Source: a virus (lineage: Duplodnaviria > Caudoviricetes). From it: a stretch of 64,000 nt of DNA. Made by a program: the position numbers and the translations under genes. The DNA is taken from positions 1 to 64,000 of IMG/VR virus record IMGVR_UViG_3300020577_012961. The stretch is one strand, 5' to 3'. Within the stretch, counting starts at the first letter, position 1. Each line of letters begins with the position of its first letter. Shown here in pieces: positions 53,434 to 62,502 of this stretch. The notes beneath the pieces are model-generated. The model searched no databases. It was not told the DNA's origin and worked only from the letters and a program-made list of their open reading frames with translations.

Positions 53434-54400
53434 TCGCGCCTCCCTTCGCGGCAGGGGAGGCGAGGGCACGGAAGTGCCGCTCTGCCTCATCGAATGCCGC
53501 GGCGCGAGAGTTCATGTCGGCAATCGCCGCCGCTTCCGCTCCGAACCTAGTGAACGCGCGACGCAGAACCGCAGCGCGCGCCTTCATGTTGTCCGCCGCC
53601 TCCTCCAGCGCCTTGCCCCGCGCCTCCACCAACTCGGCCTTGAGGCGGGCCACGTCGGCGAGGGCGGCATCACGCTCGGCGACAACACGCTGCGCCGCCG
53701 CGAAGATGGTCTCCGACTTGCGGCTGCCAAGTACCACCGCGATGTCCAGCAATTCACGGAGGCCGCGGTCAACCTCGTCAATCTTTCGCGCGTAGCTGGC
53801 CTTGAAGTAGTCCCGCTCCGCCTCGGCGGCGGCCGCCCGCGCGAGCAGCTTCGCGTTGTCCAGCAGGACACTCGCCAGCCGCGCTCCTCTCGCGCCTATT
53901 GCCGCGGGGTCGCCTCCGTGTGACCGAAGTTCCTCGTCTACTTCACCCGCGCTCATCCGCGCGATATCTAACGCATCCATCAGCGCCGCATCGCTGGGAT
54001 GGATCGGCTTGCCCTTCTCGCCGGGCATGCCGACCAATTGCGCGTCGAACTGCGCGATCAGAGCGGCAGCATCGCCTCCAGCACCTCCCTCACCTTCGCC
54101 CGCAGTTCCGCCTTCTCCGCCTCCGGCAGCGCCGAGCAGTTCCCGTTCCCATCTGCCCTCTGCCTCGGTTATCCGGTCGTTATCGACTGTCTCTAGCTCG
54201 CGAACCGTCGGCCTCAAGCCCTCCGCGAGAAGGGACCTGATGACGGCGATTCGACGGTTGTTCTTGGCGGACTTGCGCGCCTCCCTGATGTGCTGAAAGA
54301 GACGCGATCGCGGGTCGAACGACTGTCCGACGTAGAACGGGCAACCATCCCTAGGATCGATCAGCGCGTAGATGGTCGCGGGCGCGCCGCTGCCCTTTAG
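53426..54400 (-). CDS. GIY-YIG nuclease domain fused to coiled coil; start unresolved
   Basis: TIYALIDPRD..PFYVGQS..P..R..QH; no ATG/GTG near the domain start. Confidence 0.55.
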   Translation of the reverse strand, partial: LKGSGAPATIYALIDPRDGCPFYVGQSFDPRSRLFQHIREARKSAKNNRRIAVIRSLLAEGLRPTVRELETVDNDRITEAEGRWERELLGAAGGGEGGTAGEGEGGAGGDAAALIAQFDAQLVGMPGEKGKPIHPSDAALMDALDIARMSAGEVDEELRSHGGDPAAIGARGARLASVLLDNAKLLARAAAAEAERDYFKASYARKIDEVDRGLRELLDIAVVLGSRKSETIFAAAQRVVAERDAALADVARLKAELVEARGKALEEAADNMKARAAVLRRAFTRFGAEAAAIADMNSRAAAFDEAERHFRALASPAAKGGASG

Positions 54401-54603
54401 TCGATCAGCCGGTCCAGCCTCAGCGCCGTCCTCACTGCTTCCGCCACATCGATCCCCCGTTCCGAGGCTCGCGCGATCACCTGCTCCCGCTCCCGGGGCG
54501 TCATGCGCACCTGGGGCAGCAGCGCCGTCCGGGGCTCCGTCGAGGTTGGCTTCCTGCCGGCTCCCTTGCGGGCTCCGCCGTGGGTCTTGGTCGTCTTGGG
54601 CAT
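54397..54603 (-). CDS. Ribbon-helix-helix-like DNA-binding protein
   Basis: HGGARKGAGRKP then VRMT..E......A...G..VAEAVR. Confidence 0.7.
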   Translation of the reverse strand: MPKTTKTHGGARKGAGRKPTSTEPRTALLPQVRMTPREREQVIARASERGIDVAEAVRTALRLDRLID

Positions 54604-54614
54604 GGGACACGGTA

Positions 54615-54821
54615 TCACTCCTCAATCTCAAGCCGAGCGTCCTCGGCGTCCATGTCGGTCGACGTGGCCTCGATCACGCCGATGCAGCGCGCACCATCGA
54701 GGTCGTCAAAGGTGATGCCGTTGCCGCTGGCCTTGGCTTCCAGCCACCGCCGCCACTCTCGGCGCGGCATCCGCCAGATCATCCCGAAGTCGTTGATTAG
54801 GACGGTGCGCGACTTCCTCAC
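54615..54821 (-). CDS. Hypothetical protein
   Basis: GTGA overlap with upstream gene. Confidence 0.5.
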   Translation of the reverse strand: MRKSRTVLINDFGMIWRMPRREWRRWLEAKASGNGITFDDLDGARCIGVIEATSTDMDAEDARLEIEE

Positions 54822-55003
54822 GACCGCACCGCCTTGGCAAGCTGACGCTGCGCCGCGGCGGTCATGACCGAGTAGAGCGCCTCCATCTTCTCGCGGAGCG
54901 CGGCGGCCCTGACGCAGCGACCAGTCAGGAGGGCGGCCTTGCGGGCGGCGTCGATGGCGAGGTAGTCGGCCACGATCGGGAAGGTCTTGTTCGTCGTGTT
55001 CAT
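54818..55003 (-). CDS. Hypothetical protein, probably on a leaderless mRNA
   Basis: ATG 6 nt after the -10 box, no RBS. Confidence 0.55.
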   Translation of the reverse strand: MNTTNKTFPIVADYLAIDAARKAALLTGRCVRAAALREKMEALYSVMTAAAQRQLAKAVRS

Positions 55004-55009
55004 GTCTAC

Positions 55010-55038
55010 AACCTAGCGCCCCCGCTTGAATCCGTCAA
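55010..55038 (-). promoter_or_regulatory. Sigma70 promoter
   Basis: TTGACG-17 nt-TAGGTT. Confidence 0.7.
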
Positions 55039-55045
55039 GCCAAAA

Positions 55046-55342
55046 TCAACCGTGCGTGTCGTTCTTCTTGTCTGCCGTCGCTGCCGCAAGCTCCGCCACC
55101 AGCCGCCCCCTCACCTCGTCCCACTCCGCCACGGCGCGGGCGTAGCGGTCGGAGGCGGCGGCGAGCTGGGCGCGGAGGGAGGCGTTGTCCTGCTCGGCCG
55201 CGTCGAGCATGTCCAGTAGCCGCAGCGTAGCAGCGGCGCGGATGACAGCCGGGTCTTTGACCGGGCCATTGAAGTTGCAGGCGGCGCGGATGCTTTGGCG
55301 CTCCTGGGCGCTCAGCGGGCCGATGTTCGTTCCGGTGCTCAT
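55046..55342 (-). CDS. Coiled-coil hypothetical protein
   Basis: GAGGAG RBS, ATGA overlap. Confidence 0.5.
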   Translation of the reverse strand: MSTGTNIGPLSAQERQSIRAACNFNGPVKDPAVIRAAATLRLLDMLDAAEQDNASLRAQLAAASDRYARAVAEWDEVRGRLVAELAAATADKKNDTHG

Positions 55343-56856
55343 GGCTTGCTCCTCGCCGCGGCCAGTTCTTTCGTCAGCCGCTCCACGTCGGCGGCGAGGC
55401 GGGAGACGGCGGCGCGGGCCTCTGCGGCTGCCCAATCGGGATCGGGACCGATGAGTGCGTTGAGCAGCGCCAGTGCGTCCCCCGTCCCCGCGTCGTGCCG
55501 GCGCGCGGAGGGCTGCTGCGCACCGCGCCGCACCTTGGCCTGCGGGCAGTCGGGGTTGGCGCACGCCATGCCGTCGCGGACTTGGCGCTTCCACGAACGC
55601 CCGTCCTCCCGGCCTGGTCGCGGCGTGCCGCAGTCGTTGCAGCGCCCGTCGAAGTCAGCGCCGCCCACGGGCTCTCCGATCGCCGGGGGCGCTGCGATGG
55701 GGGCAGGGCCCACGTAGTCAGCCATCACACCGTCGACGATGGTGGCGATCGCCGCGGCGCTGAGCTTGCCGATGGCGTCGAGCTTCTCCATCGTCGCGTC
55801 GACGGCAAAGACCACGGCGCTGCGCACCACGTCCCGCAGGTCGTCCACCGTGGGCGCAGGCTGCGGCGAGGGGGTGGTGCCGAGATTCCAGCGTCGCACC
55901 AGCTCAGCGGCGAGCGCCTCGTCAAGCCCGTCCATCATCGTGGCCACGTACTTGCGCGCGCTCACCGGGCGGCGAGGTCCGGTGCGGATAACGATCTCGC
56001 CGTCCTCGCGGTGTACCTCCAGCGTCGTCGGCCACTGCCCGGCCGCACACCCGCTGGCGCACGCGCCCACCCACGAAGACCGCGAAAAGCTGCCGTCGGA
56101 GACGGTGCGGACGCCACCCAACACGGTCGCACCGACGGCGAAGGCGTTGCCGCACAGGATGCACGCGCCCGCGTTCTGCGCCTCGGTGGGGCCGCTCCAC
56201 TTGATCGAGTCGGTGGGCGAGGCCGCCGGCCCCGAAATCACCTTCTCCAGCTCCTGCCACTCCGCCTTGACGTAGCCCTCGGTGCCGACCGCCTTGGTCC
56301 AGAGGCGATGGAAGAGGTTCCAGGGCGTGACGGGCTCGGGTGGCGGCGGGTCCGCATTGCCCTTCGCGTCCTTGCCGTTGCACAGGCAGCCGGTCTCGCA
56401 GCACCAGATGGCGCCGTCCTGGTCGGGGATGTGCGGGGCGAGGTGGCGGCACACGGCGCAGCGAGGAGGCGGCAGGGTGGTAATCGTCTCGGGGGCCGCG
56501 CCGGGCGGCTCCAGCGGCATCCACCCCCGCTCGCTGTGCCAGTGGAAGCGCACCTTGTTGTCGTCGTAGCAGAGGAACTCCACCTCCAGCGGCACTGGCG
56601 GATCCGAGGACCACACGAGGCTGTGCTCTGCGTCGAGAATGGGCTGCATGTCGACCGGCAGGACACGCTGGAGGTGGTGACCGGCGGACAAACCATATTC
56701 GGCATGCGTGACGCCGTTCGTACGCCTCGCCGCCACCTGGGTGCGCACGTCCCCGAGGTTGGTGATCTTGTACCAGTAGATCAGGCGCTGGCCCGCGGCA
56801 GCCTCCAACGTGGTGGTGTGCATCGTGGCGGGGGTGGGGGTTGATTCGGTGCTCAT
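55339..56856 (-). CDS. Mosaic hypothetical protein with several Cys clusters
   Basis: AGGAG RBS, ATG 56856; LWTKAVG..GYVK.EW and CxxC modules. Confidence 0.55.
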   Translation of the reverse strand: MSTESTPTPATMHTTTLEAAAGQRLIYWYKITNLGDVRTQVAARRTNGVTHAEYGLSAGHHLQRVLPVDMQPILDAEHSLVWSSDPPVPLEVEFLCYDDNKVRFHWHSERGWMPLEPPGAAPETITTLPPPRCAVCRHLAPHIPDQDGAIWCCETGCLCNGKDAKGNADPPPPEPVTPWNLFHRLWTKAVGTEGYVKAEWQELEKVISGPAASPTDSIKWSGPTEAQNAGACILCGNAFAVGATVLGGVRTVSDGSFSRSSWVGACASGCAAGQWPTTLEVHREDGEIVIRTGPRRPVSARKYVATMMDGLDEALAAELVRRWNLGTTPSPQPAPTVDDLRDVVRSAVVFAVDATMEKLDAIGKLSAAAIATIVDGVMADYVGPAPIAAPPAIGEPVGGADFDGRCNDCGTPRPGREDGRSWKRQVRDGMACANPDCPQAKVRRGAQQPSARRHDAGTGDALALLNALIGPDPDWAAAEARAAVSRLAADVERLTKELAAARSKP

Positions 56857-57110
56857 GATCTGTCTCCTGCGTCGCCGGCGTAGCAGTGCAGGCGAGCGCG
56901 CGTCTCGGCGTCGGTGGCGTGGAAGGTCTGGCACGGCTGGCACCACGGCGGGCGCTGAGGGGCGGGCTCGGCTTGCGTCGGTGCCTTCGGCGCCTCCCAC
57001 GGGACGCCGCACGACGGGCAGCGCTTGACCCCGCTCGTGACCTTGTGGCCGCAGAGGCGACAGTGCTGATGCCACAGGCGGTCGGGGCAGATGGTGCAGG
57101 TCACTTCCAC
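56853..57110 (-). CDS. Zn-finger protein
   Basis: AAGGAGG RBS, four CxxC motifs. Confidence 0.55.
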   Translation of the reverse strand: MEVTCTICPDRLWHQHCRLCGHKVTSGVKRCPSCGVPWEAPKAPTQAEPAPQRPPWCQPCQTFHATDAETRARLHCYAGDAGDRS

Positions 57111-57154
57111 AAAGTCACCCTCTTTTCTGCTCTGCCGGGATTCCCAGCGAGGCC

Positions 57155-58222
57155 TCAGCCATTGGCCACCGCCTGCATCTCGGAGAACACGGGGTGCAGG
57201 CTCCACCCGTCCTCGCTGGTCGGACCCTGCAGCAGCACGCCGTCGAGCGTGCCGAAGCGCTGCGCGTCGGCAGCGGTGATGTCACCCTCGTAGAGCAGGT
57301 ACTTCAGCTTGTGCCGCCAGCCCCCGCGCTCCGCCGCCGTGCGCAGGCGGAGGAGGAGGTCGGTGGCGTACCGCGACCAGGCCCCGCGCCCGTCGGCGCT
57401 CTCGTAGACGTCAGTGAACCACTGCCAGCCGGCCGACTCCTCCCTGTAGCCCGCCCGCACCGCCCGCCAGTTGCTCCGGTCGTTGAAGGGCTCCGCCCAC
57501 ACCGTCTCGCAGCGATCGGGCCGGATGGCCTCGACGAGCCGCTCCAGCCCATCGTCTTCCAGCACGTCGGGGAAGATCGGGCACAGCATCCCGAACGTCG
57601 GCACACCGGCGTCCTGCAGCATGTTCGTCGCGGTGACCCGGGCGAGCGGCGGCGGCGTCCCCACCTCGACGCGGCGCGCCCATGCGTCGTCGAGCGTCCC
57701 CGTGGACAGCCCCACGACCACCCGATCGCGGTGCTCCACCAAGAAGCCTCGCACCTTCTCCGACGTGCCCACGACGCTGTTCTTGGTGAGGATGCGGACC
57801 CGGAAGGACGTGCGCTCCATGAGCATGCGCAGCGCCGCCGAGGTGGTGCCGCTGTGGAGCGGTGGCCCCGAGAAAGCGTCGGTGAGCATCGACAGCACCA
57901 GCGTCTCCCCCGCGCCCCACGTCTTGGGGCGCTTGGCGAGCTGGGCTTCGAGCTTCTCCAGCACATCGGGCCAGGTGAAGGCGAGCTCCGGTGAGCTGCT
58001 CGGGTAGAGGCGCCTCCCGGTCACGTCCTCGGTGATGTCGGCGAACCGCTCCCGGTTGATGCGGAGGTAGTTCCCCGTATTGCTGCTGCAGTAGGAGCAG
58101 CCGAAGCCGCAGAGGGCCATCAGGTCGAGCTTCCAGGTGGCGAGGTGCTTCTTCGCGAAGCCCGGGGCCCGCCTGATCGGCTCGGCAATCGAGGGCACCT
58201 CGACGACGAGGTTACGGGCCAT
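57155..58222 (-). CDS. Radical SAM protein (spore-photoproduct-lyase-like)
   Basis: CGFGCSYC CxxxCxxC; TD, ILTK, VG.S, PIFP motifs. Confidence 0.8.
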   Translation of the reverse strand: MARNLVVEVPSIAEPIRRAPGFAKKHLATWKLDLMALCGFGCSYCSSNTGNYLRINRERFADITEDVTGRRLYPSSSPELAFTWPDVLEKLEAQLAKRPKTWGAGETLVLSMLTDAFSGPPLHSGTTSAALRMLMERTSFRVRILTKNSVVGTSEKVRGFLVEHRDRVVVGLSTGTLDDAWARRVEVGTPPPLARVTATNMLQDAGVPTFGMLCPIFPDVLEDDGLERLVEAIRPDRCETVWAEPFNDRSNWRAVRAGYREESAGWQWFTDVYESADGRGAWSRYATDLLLRLRTAAERGGWRHKLKYLLYEGDITAADAQRFGTLDGVLLQGPTSEDGWSLHPVFSEMQAVANG

Positions 58223-58255
58223 TGGCGGGCTCCGTTTCCTGCGCGGCGCTGACGC

Positions 58256-58597
58256 TCACGCGTGCGCCCCGATGCGAACTTCGCTCCCGTCGGGCTGCGG
58301 GTGCCTGCTCACGTCGAAGCAGCCAAACGAGCTTCCCTCGTCCATCCACCCGATCCACTCGTTGGCCAGTGCGGCGGGAACGTGTGCCACCCAATCCTCG
58401 TCTCCCCCGTGCGGGGAGAGTGCCTGGTACTCCGCAGGGGCATCCTCGAACCGCCATACCCGAATAACCGGCTCGCTCACCATCGCCAATGCGGTGCGGA
58501 GATCGGCGGCCTCTACGATGGGCATGGTGCCGCGCAGCTCGCACATGGCGAGGATGGAAGTCAGGCGGTCGATGACCTGCTGCCGATCGGGCGTCAC
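58256..58597 (-). CDS. Hypothetical protein
   Basis: IRVWRFEDAP...S..GGDEDW. Confidence 0.5.
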   Translation of the reverse strand: MTPDRQQVIDRLTSILAMCELRGTMPIVEAADLRTALAMVSEPVIRVWRFEDAPAEYQALSPHGGDEDWVAHVPAALANEWIGWMDEGSSFGCFDVSRHPQPDGSEVRIGAHA

Positions 58598-58827
58598 GGG
58601 CGCACCGGCGGGGCGAGGCGGTCGATGATGGCCAGCGCCACGGGATACCAGCCGAGTGCGCGCCACGTCTCCACCTGCTGGCGCTCCTCGGGAGTGAGGA
58701 GGTCGGCGGGCTTGGCCTCGCACTGTGGACAGTGCGTCTTTGCGGGAATCATCACGCCGTTGGCTCCGAAGGTCGCGGGGCTGTACGTCAGCGACGACGC
58801 CAGCGCATTGCAGTTGGGGCACCGCAT
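58594..58827 (-). CDS. Zn-ribbon protein
   Basis: CPNC, CPQC. Confidence 0.5.
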   Translation of the reverse strand: MRCPNCNALASSLTYSPATFGANGVMIPAKTHCPQCEAKPADLLTPEERQQVETWRALGWYPVALAIIDRLAPPVRP

Positions 58828-60107
58828 TACCTCTTCCCCTTCCTCGGCTTCCCCGTCCGCATCTGCGGGAACTGCCGCGACACCATCTCGCCGCTCGCCT
58901 TCAGCTCGTCCTTCAGCTTCCCGAGCGCCGCCTTTGCCGCGTCCGACGGCACCCACCTGGTGGTGCTGCCCTCGTACCGCTCCATCCCGTTCGACAGCGG
59001 GATCGGCGTGCGGCGCGCCACGTCGTCGGCGGCCCCGAGCATCGCCTCCGCCGCCATGCGCACCAGGCGCGCGACCGAGTAGGCCCGGCCGATGGTCTCG
59101 AGCGACAGCGCGGCCTTCTCCTCCAGCGCCAGCGCCTTCGTCTCGTCCCCGCTGGCGCGCTCGATGTCGGCCTTGCGATAGAGCCAGAGGGCCTCGTCCT
59201 CGCGTCGGCTCAGCTCGCCGCGGAAGTGGTCCTTGAGCAGGTCGATCGCGCCCTCCTCGCTCACCTTGGGCGGCAGCAGCGCCAGCAGCTCCACCGGGTT
59301 GATGCGGGCGAAGCGCTCGACGTCGCCGCGGATCGCCGGGCAGTGCCGGGCGGCATCGCACAGCTCGCACTGCGGGCCGGTCGACAGCATCCCGCGCTCG
59401 AGGAGCGCCATCGGACCGCCGGCCAGGTAGACGCGGCGCGCGCGCTCGCGGGACTCCATGAGCTGCCCGAGGCTATCGGCGAAGCCCTCGAGGGCGATGC
59501 TGTCGCGGTAGGCGCGGTCGGTGGCCCAGCCGCTGGCGATCGGCCGCATCAGCATGGTCTCGGCGTCGTCGGCGCCGGCGACGCGCACGCCGCAGAGGGC
59601 GTAGAAGTCGGTCTGTGCGCAGGTGTCGGCGCGGCTCCGGAAGATGAAGCGCTTCAGGTCGGCGACGAACACCGTCGACGGGCTGCGCATGCCGATGATG
59701 TCGGTGGTGCCGAGGATCCACTCGCGCGGGTCCAGCGCGGGGTAGCCGGCGGCGCGGCCCGAGACCCGCACCACCTCGCCGGTGCGCACGCGGAGCGCGA
59801 AGCCCACCTCGTGCTCGGCCCCCCGCGGGATGGCCGACAGGTCGATGGCGAGGAAGAACTCCACCTCGGCGTCGCGCTCCTCCTCCGGCAGGGACTTCAC
59901 CACCAGGGCGGCGGCGGACTCGGGGTCCATCTCGGCGGCCAGCTCGACGAAGCGGTGCAGGCGGCTGCCGCCGGCGGCGTAGGGGTTGGCGTGGCGGACC
60001 TTCGGCAGCGCGCCGGAGCCCAGGCACACCATCTCCTTCTCGATGGAGCTGGCGGTGAGCTGCGTCGGCGGCAGGTCGGCCGGCTGCAGGGTGAGGGCGG
60101 CGGTCAT
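58827..60107 (-). CDS. Cas4/RecB-like PD-(D/E)XK exonuclease
   Basis: N-terminal Cys, G...H, E, GTTD, VADLK, Q..FYA, C..C.....C. Confidence 0.75.
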   Translation of the reverse strand: MTAALTLQPADLPPTQLTASSIEKEMVCLGSGALPKVRHANPYAAGGSRLHRFVELAAEMDPESAAALVVKSLPEEERDAEVEFFLAIDLSAIPRGAEHEVGFALRVRTGEVVRVSGRAAGYPALDPREWILGTTDIIGMRSPSTVFVADLKRFIFRSRADTCAQTDFYALCGVRVAGADDAETMLMRPIASGWATDRAYRDSIALEGFADSLGQLMESRERARRVYLAGGPMALLERGMLSTGPQCELCDAARHCPAIRGDVERFARINPVELLALLPPKVSEEGAIDLLKDHFRGELSRREDEALWLYRKADIERASGDETKALALEEKAALSLETIGRAYSVARLVRMAAEAMLGAADDVARRTPIPLSNGMERYEGSTTRWVPSDAAKAALGKLKDELKASGEMVSRQFPQMRTGKPRKGKR

Positions 60108-60346
60108 CGCGTCACCTCCGCCGGCGTCCCGCCGCGCGTCCATTCGACCGTGACCTTGCCGGCCACGTCCTCGACGACGACCCAGCCCAGCGCGATCCAC
60201 CGATCGGCGAAGGCGCGCAGCACCACCTTGCGCGGGCGGACAGGCGGGTTGCGGCGGAAGCACTCGAAGTAGGTGGCCTGCTCCGCCGGGGCGCGGCCCG
60301 CCTCGAGGCGGCTGGCCAGGTCGGCGCTCTTGTCCGCGTCGTCCAT
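60104..60346 (-). CDS. Hypothetical protein
   Basis: Coupled start/stop. Confidence 0.45.
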   Translation of the reverse strand: MDDADKSADLASRLEAGRAPAEQATYFECFRRNPPVRPRKVVLRAFADRWIALGWVVVEDVAGKVTVEWTRGGTPAEVTR

Positions 60347-60585
60347 CACGCGCTCCGCTTCGGGCAGCCGCAGGTGTCGCAGGCGCCGGTGATCTCGTCG
60401 TGAAGGCCTCGCATTTCGAGGAGGAGGTCCGAGAGCACCGACTGCCACTTCTTCGCCTGCTCGTAGAGCGGCTGGTCGCAGGGGATGGTGCTGCTCAGCA
60501 TCTCGACCTTGTAGAAGGCGGTGTCGACGTGGGCGATGGCGTCGTGGAGGATGACGCGGTCCTCGGATTCGAGCGGCTCAGCCAT
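60346..60585 (-). CDS. Hypothetical protein
   Basis: AAGGA RBS; C-terminal CDTC. Confidence 0.5.
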   Translation of the reverse strand: MAEPLESEDRVILHDAIAHVDTAFYKVEMLSSTIPCDQPLYEQAKKWQSVLSDLLLEMRGLHDEITGACDTCGCPKRSA

Positions 60586-60805
60586 GGGAGTCCTTTCGTC
60601 GGAGCCAGCGGAGGCCAGCGCACGCGGCGCGGATCACCCATGCGAGGACAATCACCACGTCGACCAAGGGCCAGACGAGAGTGAAGAGGGTGATCCCAGC
60701 AGGCGGGAAGCGTTCGTCCTCCCGGCTGGTCTCATTGAAGAGGCGAAACAGAGCAGCGGTCTGCATCATCCCGGCGAGGTAGAGGGCGATGAGAAGGTCA
60801 GCCAC
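60578..60805 (-). CDS. Small membrane protein
   Basis: Two hydrophobic segments, LVWPL motif. Confidence 0.5.
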   Translation of the reverse strand: MADLLIALYLAGMMQTAALFRLFNETSREDERFPPAGITLFTLVWPLVDVVIVLAWVIRAACAGLRWLRRKDSHG

Positions 60806-61253
60806 AGTCGCGCTCCTTTCGGCTGGCGGTGCGCAGCCGCCGGGCGAGCGCCTTCCACCTGGCCGCGCGCTGGCGGGCGCGGTGGAGCTCGCGCTCGGCC
60901 GGGTCGGTGGCGGCCCGGAGCTCGAGCTGGGCGCGCAGGGCGTCGCGCTCGCGCGTGATGCCCTTGCAGCCGCGCTCCAGGGCGGCGACCAGGTCGCGGG
61001 CGGTGGCCAGCTGCTTGCGGGCCTCGTCGCGCTCCTGCTGGCGCTCCTGCCACAGGCGGGCGGTGTAGCGGCCGGAGCCGTTGGCGGTGTCGAGCTTCAA
61101 CTTCAGGGCGTCGAGCTGCGCCTCCAGCTCAGCCACCCGGGCGCGCTGCCGCTCGGCCAGTTCGGTGAGCGCCGCGAAGTTCCGGCGGACGTCGGAGAGG
61201 GTCGCCTCCGCTTCAGCCTCCCGGAGCACGGCCACGGTCGACGCGCCGATCAC
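60798..61253 (-). CDS. Coiled-coil protein
   Basis: GGAGG RBS, GTGA overlap, ERDE/ERDA heptads. Confidence 0.5.
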   Translation of the reverse strand: MIGASTVAVLREAEAEATLSDVRRNFAALTELAERQRARVAELEAQLDALKLKLDTANGSGRYTARLWQERQQERDEARKQLATARDLVAALERGCKGITRERDALRAQLELRAATDPAERELHRARQRAARWKALARRLRTASRKERDCG

Positions 61254-61348
61254 CGACCCCTCCACGTGTTGACGAAAACGAGGAGGTAGACCCCGATCGC
61301 GAGCGACGCCCATGGGTGAGCCACGATCCAGTTGAGAAGGTCGACCAT
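61250..61348 (-). CDS. 32-aa membrane peptide
   Basis: MVDLLNWIVAHPWASLAIGVYLLV; coupled at both ends. Confidence 0.45.
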   Translation of the reverse strand: MVDLLNWIVAHPWASLAIGVYLLVFVNTWRGR

Positions 61349-62499
61349 CAGAAGACCACGTCGTCGGTGGGGTCGGCCGGCGCGGCGACGGCCGCCGGGC
61401 GCTTGCACCCCTCGCCGAGGGCCACCCAGCTGGCGCAGTCGGTGCGGCAGTCGGGGCAGGTGCCGTCGCTGAACTCGGGCACCGGCGCGGCCGGCGCGGG
61501 CGCCTCGGGGTACTTCTTCACCATCTCCGCGAGGGTCACCGACGCGTTGCTCCAGGCCGTGACCTTGGGCCCGTCCCAGCCGAGGGCCTCGCTCTCGCGG
61601 ACGCTGTAGACGTAGTCGCCGACGTTCTGCGAGACGAGGACGCGGGCGGCGGCGAGCAGCGCGGTGGCGTCCTCGGGGGTCACCTGCGAGCCGGCGCCCG
61701 CCGCGGTGGGCGCGGTCATCCGGCCGGGGCAGACGCCGGCGCACGGAGAGCAGCCGCAGCCCTCGCAGGACCCCTCACGCTCGCCGACCTCGAGCAGCTC
61801 GACCGCTCGCCGGAGCTCGCCGAGCAGCTCGCGGGCGCGGCCGGGCTCTCCGGGGAAGATGCGGTCGATCTCGTCGATCAGCGCCATGGGGCTCTCCGGC
61901 TGCTCCTCCTTCGCGGCCCGTTCCAGGAGCTGCGCCATCTCCTGGTCGTCGGCGTGCTCCGCCTCCACCTCGCGCAGCCGCACCATGGCCTCTTCGGGGT
62001 TGTCGAAGCGCTCGTCCGCGAGGCCCAGGACTTCGGCGCGCGGTCCGCGGAAGCTGAAGCTCTCGTCGTCGTTCTGAGCGAGGAGCACCTCAGCGACCAA
62101 GAAGCCGATGTCGACCGTCGGCCTGAAGGCGACGGCGTACTCGAGGAGGCCGTGGGGGTCGGAGTCGGGCGGGCAGGCGCCGTCGTCTTCGTAGCTCTCC
62201 TCGTCATGCGCCGACAGCGCGGCCACCGGCGCCCGGCAGTCGGCGTGCGGGCAGGCGTACTGGTTGCGGCGCCGCGCGTCCTCCTCGCTGATGTCGGTGA
62301 TGCTGAAGATGGCAGCCCCGGCGTAGGTCGGCGCGCCCACCAGGTGGCCCCTGGGGCAGAGCATCTCGATGCGGGCGAAGCGCGCGCCAAACTGCTCCAC
62401 GTCGGTGAGGCGGCCCATGTGCTGGCGGTGGCCGAAGACTTCCAGGCAGACCCAGCGCTCCGCCGCGAGCCCGATTGTGACGGTTCCGGTGGTCTCCAT
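61348..62499 (-). CDS. Mosaic hypothetical protein
   Basis: N-terminal W..LE.FGHR...G..T.VE.FG phage domain; Cys clusters. Confidence 0.6.
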   Translation of the reverse strand: METTGTVTIGLAAERWVCLEVFGHRQHMGRLTDVEQFGARFARIEMLCPRGHLVGAPTYAGAAIFSITDISEEDARRRNQYACPHADCRAPVAALSAHDEESYEDDGACPPDSDPHGLLEYAVAFRPTVDIGFLVAEVLLAQNDDESFSFRGPRAEVLGLADERFDNPEEAMVRLREVEAEHADDQEMAQLLERAAKEEQPESPMALIDEIDRIFPGEPGRARELLGELRRAVELLEVGEREGSCEGCGCSPCAGVCPGRMTAPTAAGAGSQVTPEDATALLAAARVLVSQNVGDYVYSVRESEALGWDGPKVTAWSNASVTLAEMVKKYPEAPAPAAPVPEFSDGTCPDCRTDCASWVALGEGCKRPAAVAAPADPTDDVVF

Positions 62500-62502
62500 G
62501 GC

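Noticed and set aside
58827-60107. CRISPR-Cas locus (cas4)
   Set aside because: Solo Cas4-like nucleases are common in phages; no array or other cas genes seen
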